A stretch of 64,000 bases of DNA from Sphyrna mokarran (taxonomy: Eukaryota): NCBI GenBank assembly GCA_024679065.1, contig JAGIQG010000008.1:44578001-44642000 (forward strand). The letters are read 5' to 3'. The notes below the pieces were generated by a model that saw nothing but the letters and a program-made list of their open reading frames with translations, made no database searches and was not told the DNA's origin. The translations under genes and the position numbers were made by a program. Below are positions 39,691-52,289 of this stretch, piece after piece. Numbering within the stretch: position 1 is the stretch's first letter; each line of letters starts with the position of its first letter.

Positions 39691-42600
39691 GTGTGTGGTG
39701 TGGTCTGTGTGTGTGTATATGTGATCATGGCTGATACGATGGTCAGAACTTTCTAGCTGTTTATGCTGGTGAGATCTTCCAGTCCCACTCACAGTGCACT
39801 CAATCACAAGTTTCACAGAGACAAGGGGTGCCTTCAACAGGAAACCCCATTGACAATGTTCGGACCAGCAGTTCCCGTTGCCAGCCAATTGCAGACAGCC
39901 TCCCGCCATGGCAAAACACGTGGCAGGCTGCATGGTAAATTCTGCCCAATAAATGACAATTTGGGTGAATAAACTGTGGTATAAAGCTGGCTCATAGCTT
40001 CCTTTGTTGATTAGTTTGAAGGCTTACAGCCCATATGATAGAATTTGAATAAGAATCTGAAAATAATGCAAAAATTGGAGGAAGTCACATCATTCCATAG
40101 TATACTAGTGTTGTAGTATCTCACTGCAATTCAGCTGCTGAAACATTCTGGGGGTGATTCTCCACACTGCCATGCAGTGCAGTGAGCTGGGAAACATCAG
40201 TGGAGACTGTTTTGCAAGCTTTCCACTGAGCACCACAGTCTCCACAAGTCTATCAGATAAAGATTTCCAGAGAAATCAGCTCCATCCTGGAAATTGGCAC
40301 AGAGCTGATTGCAATATGGAAATTGGTATTTCCATGTCATTAGTGGGCCTGGACTGAAGTCTCCAAGCTCGTAGCATCTCCACCACATCCCCTGCCGGGA
40401 GTGGTTCACTCCAGCGGGGCTTACTCCTGCTCCCCACTAACAGCTGCCTGACCCTGATGGAAGGAAAAAAGGCCATTGAAGCCTCTCTAGGAGGTCAGGT
40501 GTGAGGAGGGTCAAGTCAATCACTATAACAGCCCTTCGACATTTGTGCCATCTCCAAGTATAATATGGCAGCCTTACTTTGTACAATAAATTCAGCTCCC
40601 CACAACTGCAAGTTATGCTGCAAGGGAATGTCAGTGAGAGTGGAAGCAACAGTATCATATTCCTACTTCTGACATGTGTTTTGTTTAATTGTGGCTCTCT
40701 TCTGGATGTACGAGATCAATGTTTGATGTCATTGCATCAATCTTCAGTCTTTGAAGTTCACACTGATTAACCAAACAGCTTTCGGAATTTAGTTTTCAAC
40801 TAATGAAAGCCTTTTTTTTTGCATTAGCTCCTACATCTACAATGGGTCACCAGAGGAAATATAAAAAGCACATTGGCTTATCTTAAGAGAATAAAGTATA
40901 GTATTATTCATTTATTTTAGATCCATAAGATGAAACAAACATAAATATAGGGAGAATAAAGTAGACAGGGCAAGCAAGGCTAAGTATTTAAAATATTTTA
41001 TTTAAAATGATCTTTTAAATGCAAATTGAAGGTGTTTAGGGTCAAAATTAAAGAAAAAAAGCCAATAACAATGTTGAAACAACTTTATTGCAATAACAAT
41101 ATGAATTTAGATTGTAAGCTAAAAGTTATAGAGTTAATTGCTCAGGGCGACTTCTCTGGAATTGGTAACAGTTTAAGGATTCATGAATATACCATACCAC
41201 ATCTTACTGTAGCTCTGAGTGTTTTACGAAGTATGTTTTAATGGTTACTTGTCCATCTACAGAGAAGATTCCCATGTATAATTGTATCACACTGCAAAAT
41301 TCGTGCATGAAGAGTGCATTTCCAGTATTATTTTAGTTTCATCTCCTCCAGTCAGCATAATTAAATGGGAAATGTGTAATAATAGACACTATGTATATTG
41401 CATTAGAAATAGATTTTATATAATGTAAACACACAATCCAAATTTAGAAAGACTCAACAATATTGATTATAGACGACTCTACATTCAGCAAGATTCTTGT
41501 ATAGTGATCAGTAAAAAACATGTTAGGAATAACTTGCATTAAATATTGCTTATGATTAAAGTCCTAAAGTCACATTTGTTGTTCACTTAATAAAGTTTGT
41601 TTCTACTGTTGCTTGGATTTCAACACCAATTATTGGAATATTAGCCCATTTGTAAAATATCCTTAATCTGCATCCCTGACCTATTCAGTTCGTCTCTTAT
41701 ATATAAAGTTGAGTGATATGTTTGCAGCTGTATGGCTTTAGCCTCAGCTGGTTTTTCTCAGCAGACAGACATAGTAAGTGAATGATTCTGCCCATTTTCT
41801 ACTCCTATTACAATATAGTTGCTGAATGTTAGAGATTCCAGTAATTACATGTGCTATTGAAAATAAAGGAGGTCCCTCTGCAGATGTTCTGGAGACTGAA
41901 CGACATTTTACGACTATGCAAATAACAAAGCGTACATTCAAGTGGATTTAATCTTGATTACATAAATCAAATCAAAGCTTAGTCTTCCCACTGACAGTTT
42001 AGTTGAGAAGTTTTAATTTTCATCAATTGACTTATAACTTATTGGCAAAATTCCCCAATTTAAACATCTTAAAACATTTTGTTAAATGTTCATAGAGCTT
42101 TATACACAATGACAGACTCTTCAGCCCATTATGCCTGCACCTGCCATCAGGCAACTATCTTTTTCTCTTCTCAGGGTTATTGGTAAGTGCAATGGCTTGA
42201 CAACTCATGCAATGTGCAGATTCATGCTGGTGCTCAAATCCCAAGAGGTGGCTGATAACACTGCATTGAAAGGGCAGCATGAGGTTGGGGAATCTACATT
42301 GTGGTTACTCGTGGCTCCTAGATTTCACAGTTTCAGGGATCAGTGAGGAACTTCTCAGAATTATATTTCACTGAGACTAGCCTGAGCTTTTTAAAATGTG
42401 TTTATTTGTTTCTCCTAAGTGATTACATGGTTGCTAGTAGGTTTAGAGTTCCAATAAACATGGAAACATTAAAAAAATTACAAAACCAAACAATTACAAT
42501 GTGGCCAGCCACGTGTGTCGCAGTGAGAAAATAACTATCCAGCCTAATGCCACTTGCCGGCTCTTGATCTGTAGCCTTGCAGCTCACAGTACTTCAAGTG

Positions 42601-44374
42601 CGTATCTAAGTATATTTTTAAATATAAAAATTATTTCTACCTCTGCCACCCTTTTAAGCAATGAATTCCAGAGCCCATTCACTCTCTGGGTGGAAATAAT
42701 TCTCAACTTTCCTCTAAACCTTCTGCCAATGATGATAAATTGATGCCTCCCTGGTTACTGATCTCTCTCCATCAAAGCTCCTCATAATTTACCTTTACCC
42801 TTCACTCCCTCTCTTTCTATGAAAACAATCTCAGCCTATTCAATCTTTCTTCATAGTAAGCATTGTACTGTTTTGCTGCAACATAACTGAATGGGACAGT
42901 CTCGATGAACAACCAGTCTGATTTTGTTCACCGTTTTGTATGGATTTATTGGAATAGTTGGATAATATTAATATCGTTTGAAGATGTCATGGATAAATAA
43001 TTCTGACTGAATTTTAATGATATCAAGCAACAGGAGACTTTTTGCTTGTATCCTTGCTGGTGTCTCTAAGTGACATATTATTTTAACCGACTCGAGTTAT
43101 TAATAATATAAACAGTAGCTGAAGATAGCTACAAGCTATTGTGTTGCAATCATGCATATCTCACAGCCCATTTGAAGGATACTGATGAATACAGTCATAA
43201 CAATTTCTAACCTTTAGATTGAATTTGCCAATGGCTAGTGATTTTATTGAAATAGCTAGAATTAAAAATCTATTCATCTGACGCAACATGTTGAATCTAA
43301 AGAGAGGTCCAAACCGAAGCTCATTTTCTAAAGATTATCAAATTGAGATCAAATGAACGGAAATTGAGAAGCACACAACATTCAATCTACTTCAATTCAC
43401 ACTAACTCTTCTTCTTGCAGTGATCACAAAGACTATCATTATTTTAAATTGGAAATAGAACGCAACATTGGCCTAATTGTTAAGGAAAGTGTTGGAGGAG
43501 AGGCTCATCAATTTAACTGTGTCCCTGTTAGGTTTCCAATGCTGTCTGAATAGTGTGGCTTTATAAAAATAAGTGAAAACTGTACTGCATCTTGTCTGAA
43601 TTGACTTTGCTTTTTTAACAGGTGCATCAAAACAAAATCTCCATTGAAATATTAAACCAAGTAATTTGTTTGACTGCATTGAATGGTCATGCATTGACTG
43701 GTTATGGTCACGACATTAAAATTTCATTTCTAAGTTCAGAGCTAATCTGTGGAGTTGCACACAGTGGTTTGAGATGTTTGTATTTGGGCAGGGAAGTAAA
43801 AACAAGTGGTATCAGATCAGGCAGTTTGACACCCTCTCTGATTTTCAGATTGGATGTGTAACACTGCTGATCTGATACCACGTATTTTATCAATTCAGAA
43901 CTGTCCAAATTGCAGCTCCCCCCTCAACCCATCTCCTGTCCCCGTCCCACACCTGCACCCTGGCCCCTTCCCTACTCTCCACCCCACCTGAAGATGAAGG
44001 CTCTGAGGAGCAAGTGAAGTCTAAGTATAAGCTTCAACTGAACTGGGGAAAAGAACAAAAGAATAATTGGACCATGGCTTACACTTGAAGAATTAATGCT
44101 GGCCTCCATATTTATGATGTAAACGCCCGAATTAAACTCACCATGCTCTTACTGTACCCTCTCCTCATCTAGTATTACCCATTGGCAAGAGATGGGGCTG
44201 GAAGCCAATTGTGGTGGTGGTATGGAGTTATAGATGACAAGTTTACATTGGCAATTTCATTAGAAGGCCAGAATATTTATAATGGGAAAATCTTATAGCA
44301 TGGTAGGACAGCTGCAAGAATTTTAATACATTAACAATCTATATCTAATTCCTTTACATAGAAGCTTTTTCGAT

Positions 44375-44438
44375 GTAATCATTTTAAATTAAAATGATCA
44401 TTTTAAATAATCATTTAAAATAATCATTTTAAATTAAA
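44375..44438. repeat. AT-rich short tandem repeat (TAATCATTTTAAA)n
   Basis: Four imperfect copies visible directly. Confidence 0.75.
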
Positions 44439-45389
44439 TATTGTGCTTAGGATGGTTATTGTTTTGTCAACTTCAAAAATTGCATCTGACATTGTTGTGG
44501 GTCTTAGGTAGAGCTGTCTTTAGTTAGGATTTACAGATACTACTGGAGGTAAGGGTGTTGGTAAACTTTATCTTTTACTGAACATTCTACTAATTATTAC
44601 AATATAATGTTTAGCACGAGGCACATCACAGAACGATCTCTCAGCATGCCGTCTTATCATGTGATCTTACATCATTGATTATACAGACAGTCTGTTTATA
44701 TATTTAGCATTAATCCTTTGTACTACATCAAACAATTAACAGGATTGAAGGACAGTAGATGCCAGGATCATCTGATGAAAGTTCACAGAATGGCATGACA
44801 ACTGAAGAATCTTGCATGCAATTAAGTAAAAGTGAAACTTTTGATTAATTGGCAGATTTAATAACATGCCACATGAATCAGATGTCTGGTAATCCAATCC
44901 CAGTAAGGAATACAGATGAGATTGGAATATGGTATGGAATCACAGAATCAACAGTGCAGAAGGAGGTCATTTGGCTCATTGAGTCTGCACTAATCACAAT
45001 CCTACCCAAACACTATCCCCACAATCACAAGGATTTACCTTAGCTAATCCCCTTGAATCTAAGAGGCAATTTAGCACGAACAATCAATGTAACCTGCACA
45101 TCTCTGGACTGTGCGAGGAAACTGAAGCACCCAGAGGAAAGAACTACCAAGGACCTAACCTAGAAAGATGATGTTAATCTGAGACACATTTTCATTGCTA
45201 AAGTAGATAGAAAATCACATGGTACTATTTGAAGAAACATTGTAAGGTGTCTGGCCATGGTTTATTTTTCTGCTGACTAATACTACATATCAAATAATCT
45301 TCTTTGTTCTTTTGTTGTTTGTAGGATCTTGTTGTCTTTTACCTTTTAGTCATTGTGTGGGTTTGCCAGCATTGGACTGGAATAGGCAC

Positions 45390-45505
45390 AATAAGAAGAA
45401 CACCAGGTTAAAGTCCAACAAGTTTATTTGGAATCAAGAGCTTTTGGAGTACTGTCCTTTCATCAGGTGAGTGGGGAGATGAATTCACAAACAGGGCATA
45501 TATAG
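45390..45505 (-). mobile_element. Penelope-like element end with a degenerate hammerhead motif
   Basis: Minus strand cacCTGATGAaaggacagtactccAAAAgctcttgattccaaataaacttgttggactttaacctggtgtt. Confidence 0.65.
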
Positions 45506-45519
45506 AATTTACCTTGCAC

Positions 45520-45523
45520 ATAT

Positions 45524-45560
<37 letters not shown>
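45520..45560. repeat. (TA)n(GA)n compound microsatellite
   Basis: Seen directly. Other microsatellites: (CA)n at about 24715-24755 and (GA)n at about 54255-54280. Confidence 0.95.
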
Positions 45561-45579
45561 TCTCTGTCTTTATATGTTC

Positions 45580-45860
45580 AACACTTAAGAAACTCGACGA
45601 CATCCAGGACAAAGCAGTCCTCTTGATTGGCAGCCCATAACCAATGCAGATGCATTGGGAAACCACCATCTGCAAATTCCCCTCCAAGCCACTCATCATA
45701 CTGACATATTGCCGTTCATTCTGTTGCTGGGTCAAAGTCCTGGAGTCCCTCCCCTAACAGCACCATGGGTGTACCTACATCATATGGTTCAAGATGGCAG
45801 CTCACCACCACTTCTCAAAGCCAACTAGGGTGGGCATCCACTGCCCATGTCCTGTGAAAT
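45580..45860 (+). mobile_element. LINE 3' fragment (CR1/L2 group)
   Basis: TLKKLDDIQDKAVLLIG followed by a 3' UTR-like aacaccaccatctgcaaattcccctccaag. Related copy at 14580-14790. Confidence 0.65.
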
Positions 45861-46748
45861 AACTTTTTTAAGATTCAAAAATGATTATACCTGGTCCAAA
45901 GTGGGAGAATGGAAATTCTGTGCTCATTATTATTTTATTTTGAAGATCTAAGCTCATGAGTGGAACATTTCTGCATCACTTTTCCCTCATTACTCTCTTT
46001 CCCTGCCCACCACCTACCCCATAGGTGCCAGGATCCCTACAGCATCCAAAACAGGTGGGAATCACATTAAAAAGGTATACGTCTACGGCACTTCTCCAAA
46101 CCATAACTTTAACATAACATCCCAGGAGATTTTCACAGCACCAAAACTGCCAAGAAAAGTGAGGCAGTAATGTAACGTGATCTAGTTCAGTTAAATAATT
46201 TTCTTATAATTTTGTGAAGGATTCCATAGGGCAGATTTTTTTCTTCCCCCATGTAACCAAAACTGTCTCTGCATCACCCAATCCCAATCCTATCGCCAAA
46301 ATTTTTACCTTATATCCGGCATCCATTTCCCCTGTCTCCATCGTTGTGTCCAACTGCAGTCCTAATTCTCCTCCCACTCAACTGCCTGGATATCACTTCT
46401 GCCGGTATTGGGCAGAGGATGGCAGAAATGGATTTAAATTATGCTCATGCCTAAATGCTGGTGGCAGTAGTTTAGTCTCCATGCCAAAGAGCCGATGAGC
46501 TACTGCTGTCCTGCACTATGATTGTCTAAAAGTGGCCAGGGTTAAAGACTGGGATTCTCTGGTTTTGTACATCCTGTCACTGCTGCCAGCTGAGAATTTG
46601 GTGTTCAGCCAAAACTCCATTGACTGCAGTGGGACTGGAGAATCACAGCCACAGGTGAGGCTGGAAAATTCTGGCCAAAATCAAGGTTGATGAACCCAGA
46701 CAGTCAGATGTGCATGATTTTTGTTTTAACTAACAAAATGCAGATTAC

Positions 46749-46850
46749 CTGAAGTGGGTGATCTGATTTTCAAGAAGGGACAGAAGTCTTTCTTTAATCT
46801 CATGAAATCTTTCCTTTTCTTCAACTGTTACAGTTCCAATTCCATCTGGT
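46749..46850 (-). CDS. CADPS2: CADPS2 internal coding exon (102 nt)
   Basis: ttctttttcag|A CCA GAT...TTC AG|gtaat. Translates (R)[33 protein letters not shown](R). Phase 2 to 2, matches the previous exon. Confidence 0.96.
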
Positions 46851-47874
46851 CTGAAAAAGAAAAAAAAAGATATCTTTTCAAATCTTGAAGGCTGAAACAG
46901 AGGCTCACTGATAAGTAATGGCATCAACAGTATACCCAATGTCAAATTTATTTTGATTCAGTGAAGGAAGATTGCTCACTTAACAAAGCTGGCAACATAA
47001 TCAGAAACTAGGATAGACTCTGCACAATCTTCTGGCAGTTTTGATCTGAAAATAATGGGTGTGCCAGTCCAGATTTGCAGTTTGCACTCTTAGTAAGCAA
47101 GTCTGCTGATCATAAAAGCAAAGTTGAAAAATTCCTGTGATTTTTTTTGCTTATTTAAATTGAAGAGTGCAAGGGAGGTGACTTCCAGCATGTGAAGGAA
47201 GTGAAGGTGACAGGGATGTGAAAGGAGAAGAGAGGCTCTGTGAACTGTTGTGGGGACTGGGAAAGTTTCCTCATTGTCACTGTGACAACCAGAATATAAT
47301 ACTCCAGTTTATCATTGAAGAAATCTGTTTCATTACTCAATGAACAATGTATGGATGCATTATTAATTAAGGAAATCAGCAGCGTTCACTTCAGGAAATA
47401 AATGCTCTATTATAAGCAAGCAAATTTTGGTCACTTGATGTTCCAGGGCTAGAATGAAAAGGCAATTTCTTCAAATAAAGCTTCTTAGGTGCTCTTATGA
47501 ACACATTTGTGATTGCGTGATAAAAGGCACAAGATATACGAGTGTAGAAAGGTACTAGGTCAGGGTCAAAGGCAAATACGCACAGTGCCTGGAGCACTAA
47601 TTTTATTATGATTGGCCAGTGACCAAAGGGCAAGCTCACCTTCTATTTAAAGATATCAGGTGGAAGCATTGAGCTGTTGTCTTTAGTCATAGTTAAGCGA
47701 GAGTGAGAGAGTGCCTTAATGTTCTACTGGGAGGCCACTCACATGCTACCAACACCACAGACAGTCCCGCAGGTGAATTAAAAAGTTCCAGTTGACATCT
47801 GATTTGGCTTTTAAAGAAACATAATAAGCTACCTACCACTTTTAAATTGGGTGCCCTCCACCCCCAATCCCACG

Positions 47875-48135
47875 AGGAGAAGTTAGGCAAATTGGGACTG
47901 TTTTCCTTAGAAAGACGTAGACTTAGAGGAGATCTAATAGAGGTGTACAAGATAATGAAGGAGATAGAGTAGACAGGGTTAAGCTTTTTCCTAGGATGGA
48001 CTCAAATAGCACGAGGGGTCACGGGCTTAGGGTGAGGGGGGTAAGGTATAATTTGGATGCTAGAGGGAGTTTTTTCACACAGAGGGTGGTGGGGTTATGG
48101 AATGCGCTGCCAAGTAAAGTGGTGGAGGCAGGCAC
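47875..48135 (+). mobile_element. Young CR1 3' ORF fragment
   Basis: LGLFSLERRRLRGDLIEVYKIM...TRGHGLRV..FFTQRVVGLWNALP. Confidence 0.88.
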
Positions 48136-48251
48136 TTGTTGTCTAACAAGGGCATACACGCAATGGGTCGTGAGAGGGCTGCTCTTGGATTTTTTTCGAG
48201 AGTATCCTAGTGCTTCACGTCGTTAGTGTACGCTTGACCTGGACCATTTGA

Positions 48252-48575
48252 GGGGCAACACGACAGCTCAGTGACTATCGCTGTGCTGTGCAGATACATG
48301 GATTTGGGCCTGTGTCTGTGGGAGTTTGTGCATTCTACCCGTGCTTGCGTGGGTTTTCTCCGGGTGCTCCGGTTTCCTCCCACATCCCAAAGATGTGCTC
48401 TTAGGCTAATTGGCAAAACAAATTCTCCCGAAATTGTCTCAAATTTGGTTTTTAATCCATAGATCTATAAACATAGACAGGGATCACGGGTAGAGGTGGG
48501 AACATCGGGGTGGTGGCGTGGGCTCGTTGGGCTGAAAGGGCTGTTTCCCGTGCTGTTTTGTTCTTTGTTCTTTGT
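48252..48575 (+). mobile_element. V-SINE with CR1-like tail
   Basis: Contains gcgtgggttttctccgggtgctccggtttcctcccacatcccaaaga and ends gggctgaaagggctgtttcccgtgctg (ttctttg)n. Confidence 0.85.
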
Positions 48576-48985
48576 ATACAGGCCTAACTTCCTCAATGAC
48601 TCCTGATAAGATAATCCCACATCTCGGTTTAGTCAAGTGATCCATGTTGCACTCCCCCTATGGCAAATATATCCTGCCTTCTATAAGAAGATCAAAACTG
48701 CTTACAATATTCCAGGTGTTATCTCACTAAAGCTCTCTATAGTTGCAGAAAGGCATCTTTACTCTGATCCTCAAATCCCTTTGACATGGAAGCCAACATA
48801 CCATTTACCTTCCTAATTGCATGCTCAACCTGCATGAAAGCTTTTAGTGACTCATGAATAAGGACACCCAGGTCCCTTTGGACATCCACACTTCCCAACG
48901 TCTCATCATTTAAGAAATACTCTGTCTTTAAGTTTTAAGGTAACTTCTCACTTATTCACATTATGTTCCATCTTCTGTACATAAT
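48576..48985 (-). mobile_element. CR1 LINE fragment
   Basis: Reverse-strand match to CR1 ORF2 C-terminal sequence (aatattccaggtgttatctcac, catttaccttcctaatt). Confidence 0.75.
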
Positions 48986-50084
48986 ATTCCAACACTCCAC
49001 CTCAGCCCCAAACATGTAGCACTGTAGGAAGCCTCATACTCAGATCTCAAAGCTTGAGCACTGATACTCAACCACGACAACCACATCACTGAAATGTAAT
49101 TTGTGATAGACAATGACACACTGTCGTCTCTCTCTCTCTCTTGCAGGAGATGATAGTACATAACAGGAGGCAGCAAAACTAACTGGAGAGGGAAATATTC
49201 ATCTGCATTTTCTACCCTCCATGAAGGAGATGATGCTGGCCAATATGGGAAAGATCATTGTTGAGGTCATGGCTAGTGGCAGGGATGAAACTATTGAATG
49301 TGATGATATCCTCATGCCTAATCCACATATTCCACTTCCCCTCATTTCACATTTTCTTCTGATTTACAAACTGTTGATAGTGTAAGCATTTTTCCTTCCC
49401 TTGCTGCACAACTTTGTCCTTTTTCTTTCGTAGATACCCTCACCATTTGTCCTGTTCTGCATAGCCTCTGCTTATGTGCACATCCGAGATGAGGAAGTGC
49501 CTGTGGTTCTATGACTAGAAGCATCTGCTTTGCACAGAAGCCATGGAATCATAAAATGAAGCATTTCAGCATCTCTGGAGACTGGAGTGTGCAGCACTCC
49601 TTAGAGACTTTCAAAACCTGAAACAACTTTGTAAAGCACTAAAGATGAGTACAATTGAAGCAACAATTGTAAGGAATCAATCAAAAATAACCTGAGAATA
49701 GCTGATGTTCCAAATTTTAGCAGGTGGGAATCTTCCTGCTACTTAATGGGTGTTCAGTTTTGCAAGGTTATCAAAGGGCATCAGCTGGAGCATGGAATTC
49801 CAAAATGGCAACGTTGTCATCAGATCAACATTGTATGCTGATTGACATTATAATTTGCTTACTCGTCACGTTTCTAACAAATGTTAAGTATGCACTCTAA
49901 TCCCTTCACCGAAATGGCATCCAGTATGCTTCAGGTTGTAAGTGTGTACATGTCCCTTTGATGCCAAATTGGGTATTCTACAGAGTAGATGATAGCCTAG
50001 TGCTATTATCTCTAGATTATTAATCCAAATATTCAGCTAATATTCTGGGAACCCTGATTTGAATCTCACCACAGCAGAGATGTT

Positions 50085-50832
50085 GTTAAATGTGAAGTCA
50101 TCCATTTTGGTGGGAATAACAGCAAAATGAACTATTATTTAAATGGTGAAACATTGCAGCATGCAATCTCAAGGAGTTGGTTTGCAGGTGCAGCAGATAA
50201 TTAAGAAGGCAAATGGAATTTTGTCTTTCATTGCAAGAGGGATGGAGTTTAAAAAATAGTGAAATTATGTTGCAGCTGTATAAGGTGCTGGTGGGGCCAC
50301 ACCTGGAGTACTCTGTACAGTTTTGGTCTCTTTATTTGAGAAAGGATATACTGGCACTGAAGGAGGTGCAGAAGAGATTCACTGGGTTAATTCCGAAATT
50401 GACAGGGTTGGCATACGAGGAGAGACTGAGTAGACTGGGGCGATTCTCATTGGAATTCAGAATAATGAGATAATGGAGATCTTATAGAAACATATAAGAT
50501 TATAAAGGGAATAGATAAGATAGGAGGGAAGTTGTTTCCACTGGCAAGTGAAACTAGAATTAGAGAGCATAGGCTCAAAATAACAGGAAGCAGATTTAGG
50601 ACTGAGTTGAGGAGGAACTTCTTCATACAAATGGTTGTGAATCTGTGGAATTCCCTGCTCATTGAAGCAACTGAGGCTACCTCATTGAGTGTTTTTAAGG
50701 CAAGGGTAGATACTTTTTTGAATAGTAAAGGAATTAAGGGTTATGGTGAGTGAGCGGGTAAGTGGAATTGAGTCCACAAGAAGATCAGCCAGATAGGCCA
50801 GCTTGCTTATTCTTGCTCCTAGTTCTTATGTT
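50085..50832 (+). mobile_element. CR1 LINE 3' end
   Basis: LQLYKVLVGPHLEYSVQFWS..YEERLSRLG..RRNFFIQMVVNLWNSL and a ttcttatgttctta tail. A tRNA-like SINE head precedes it at about 49985-50080. Confidence 0.9.
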
Positions 50833-52289
50833 CTTATATACACTGATGCCTGTGTAAATTGCATTGAGTAAGGCGCCTCACTAACGTGCTTATATGGACA
50901 TTACTATGCAACTTAGTTGGTTTCAATTTGAAATGCAGGGCAGATTCAGGGCAATTTGAGCAGAGAAAACAAATGGTCCTCAGTGAACATGAAGATAGAA
51001 ATTTTTTTTGAACTGGATCTAATCTTCTGCTGTGACAGAAATGTAAAATGTGCAACTACTGAATCTCTACATTGCATTATCTTTAAAATGTCAATACCAA
51101 CTTGAAATCTATTGATAATATTCATTTAGGTACTGTGCCTCACATTTCATACTGGAATATAGGAATAGAAACAAATAAAAGTACTTTTCTCTCACAAATT
51201 AGCTCGTGTTTATCTGGCTGAATCTCACTTCATGCCGCATTTAAGTTTCTGCTTTGTTAAGTGTTCACATGCAGTTTTGTAATCAATGACTGCAGATTGC
51301 TAATAAACTGTGAGACATTCCTACCAATTCAAAAGGAGACTGTAATCCATGCTAAAGAAAAAGAAAGCTGAATTGTTGTCCTTTTCTAAGAAGAGGCCGC
51401 TCTACACTGGCATTGTTAGTTAAGAGGTGCAATTTTGCCTGAAAATTTTCTGGCCATTTGTACACAACACAGTGTAAAGTAAATCCCTTTTCAGATGCCC
51501 TTAAAGTGGAAGCTGAACATGCTCCATTCTGTCATCCTCCCATCGAGTGACCTGCTGTGAGACAAAGCTCTCCAAATCCTGAGTCACTCTACTGCTCTCC
51601 AAAGCTTGGAAACAACAGAATGGCAGCATAATGCATGCAGGTCAACAAGCCTCCACTTGCTTTAAGTCTATTTTCTTTCATAAACAAATTCAGGTATGGA
51701 AAATGGATGAGGAATAGATTGCAATGCAAAATTGGTCTTAATCGCTCATTCTGTAGAGATGTTCAGGACTTCCAAAAAAGTGTTAAAATTCACATGGAAT
51801 TGCTCTTTTTCGAAAGCACTGCAAGCTTTCTACAACTTGATTGATTGATCCCAACTCCTGATTTTAATGCTGCATTGAAACTTTATTCCATTGTTTTGCA
51901 TGGAATAGCTCCTGACAATGATGCTTCACTTAATGTTGGAACTGTGCTAAACTTTCAGAATGTAACTTTGTAAGAAGATTGAAAAGTACTTAAAAGTGTT
52001 TGTTAAAATCATCACTCAGTGAAAAGGAGAAAGTTCAGAATAACAAGCACATTCGAATTTTGCCAATGAATTTTACTAATTTAAAGGACATCGCTCATAA
52101 TTAGTTATTAAATACAACAGTGAATTTCAGAACAGTATTACAACTGCACCTTTTATTTAATATAGGAAAATGTCCAAAGGTGCTTCACATAGTGTTAATA
52201 AACAAAATTTGACACAAGCCACAGAAGGGGGTATCAGAAAGCATTTGGTTCAAGAAGTAGGTTTTAAGGAATGGTTAAAGAATCAAAAA

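Noticed and set aside
44375-44438. AT-rich palindromic repeat as a regulatory or recombination site
   Set aside because: Explained by simple slippage duplication of a 13-bp AT-rich unit.
48180-48205. Spliceosomal snRNA (Sm-like gatttttttcg)
   Set aside because: Flanks do not match U1, U2, U4, U5, U11 or U12 as I recall them, and the U-run forms a hairpin loop rather than a single-stranded Sm site.
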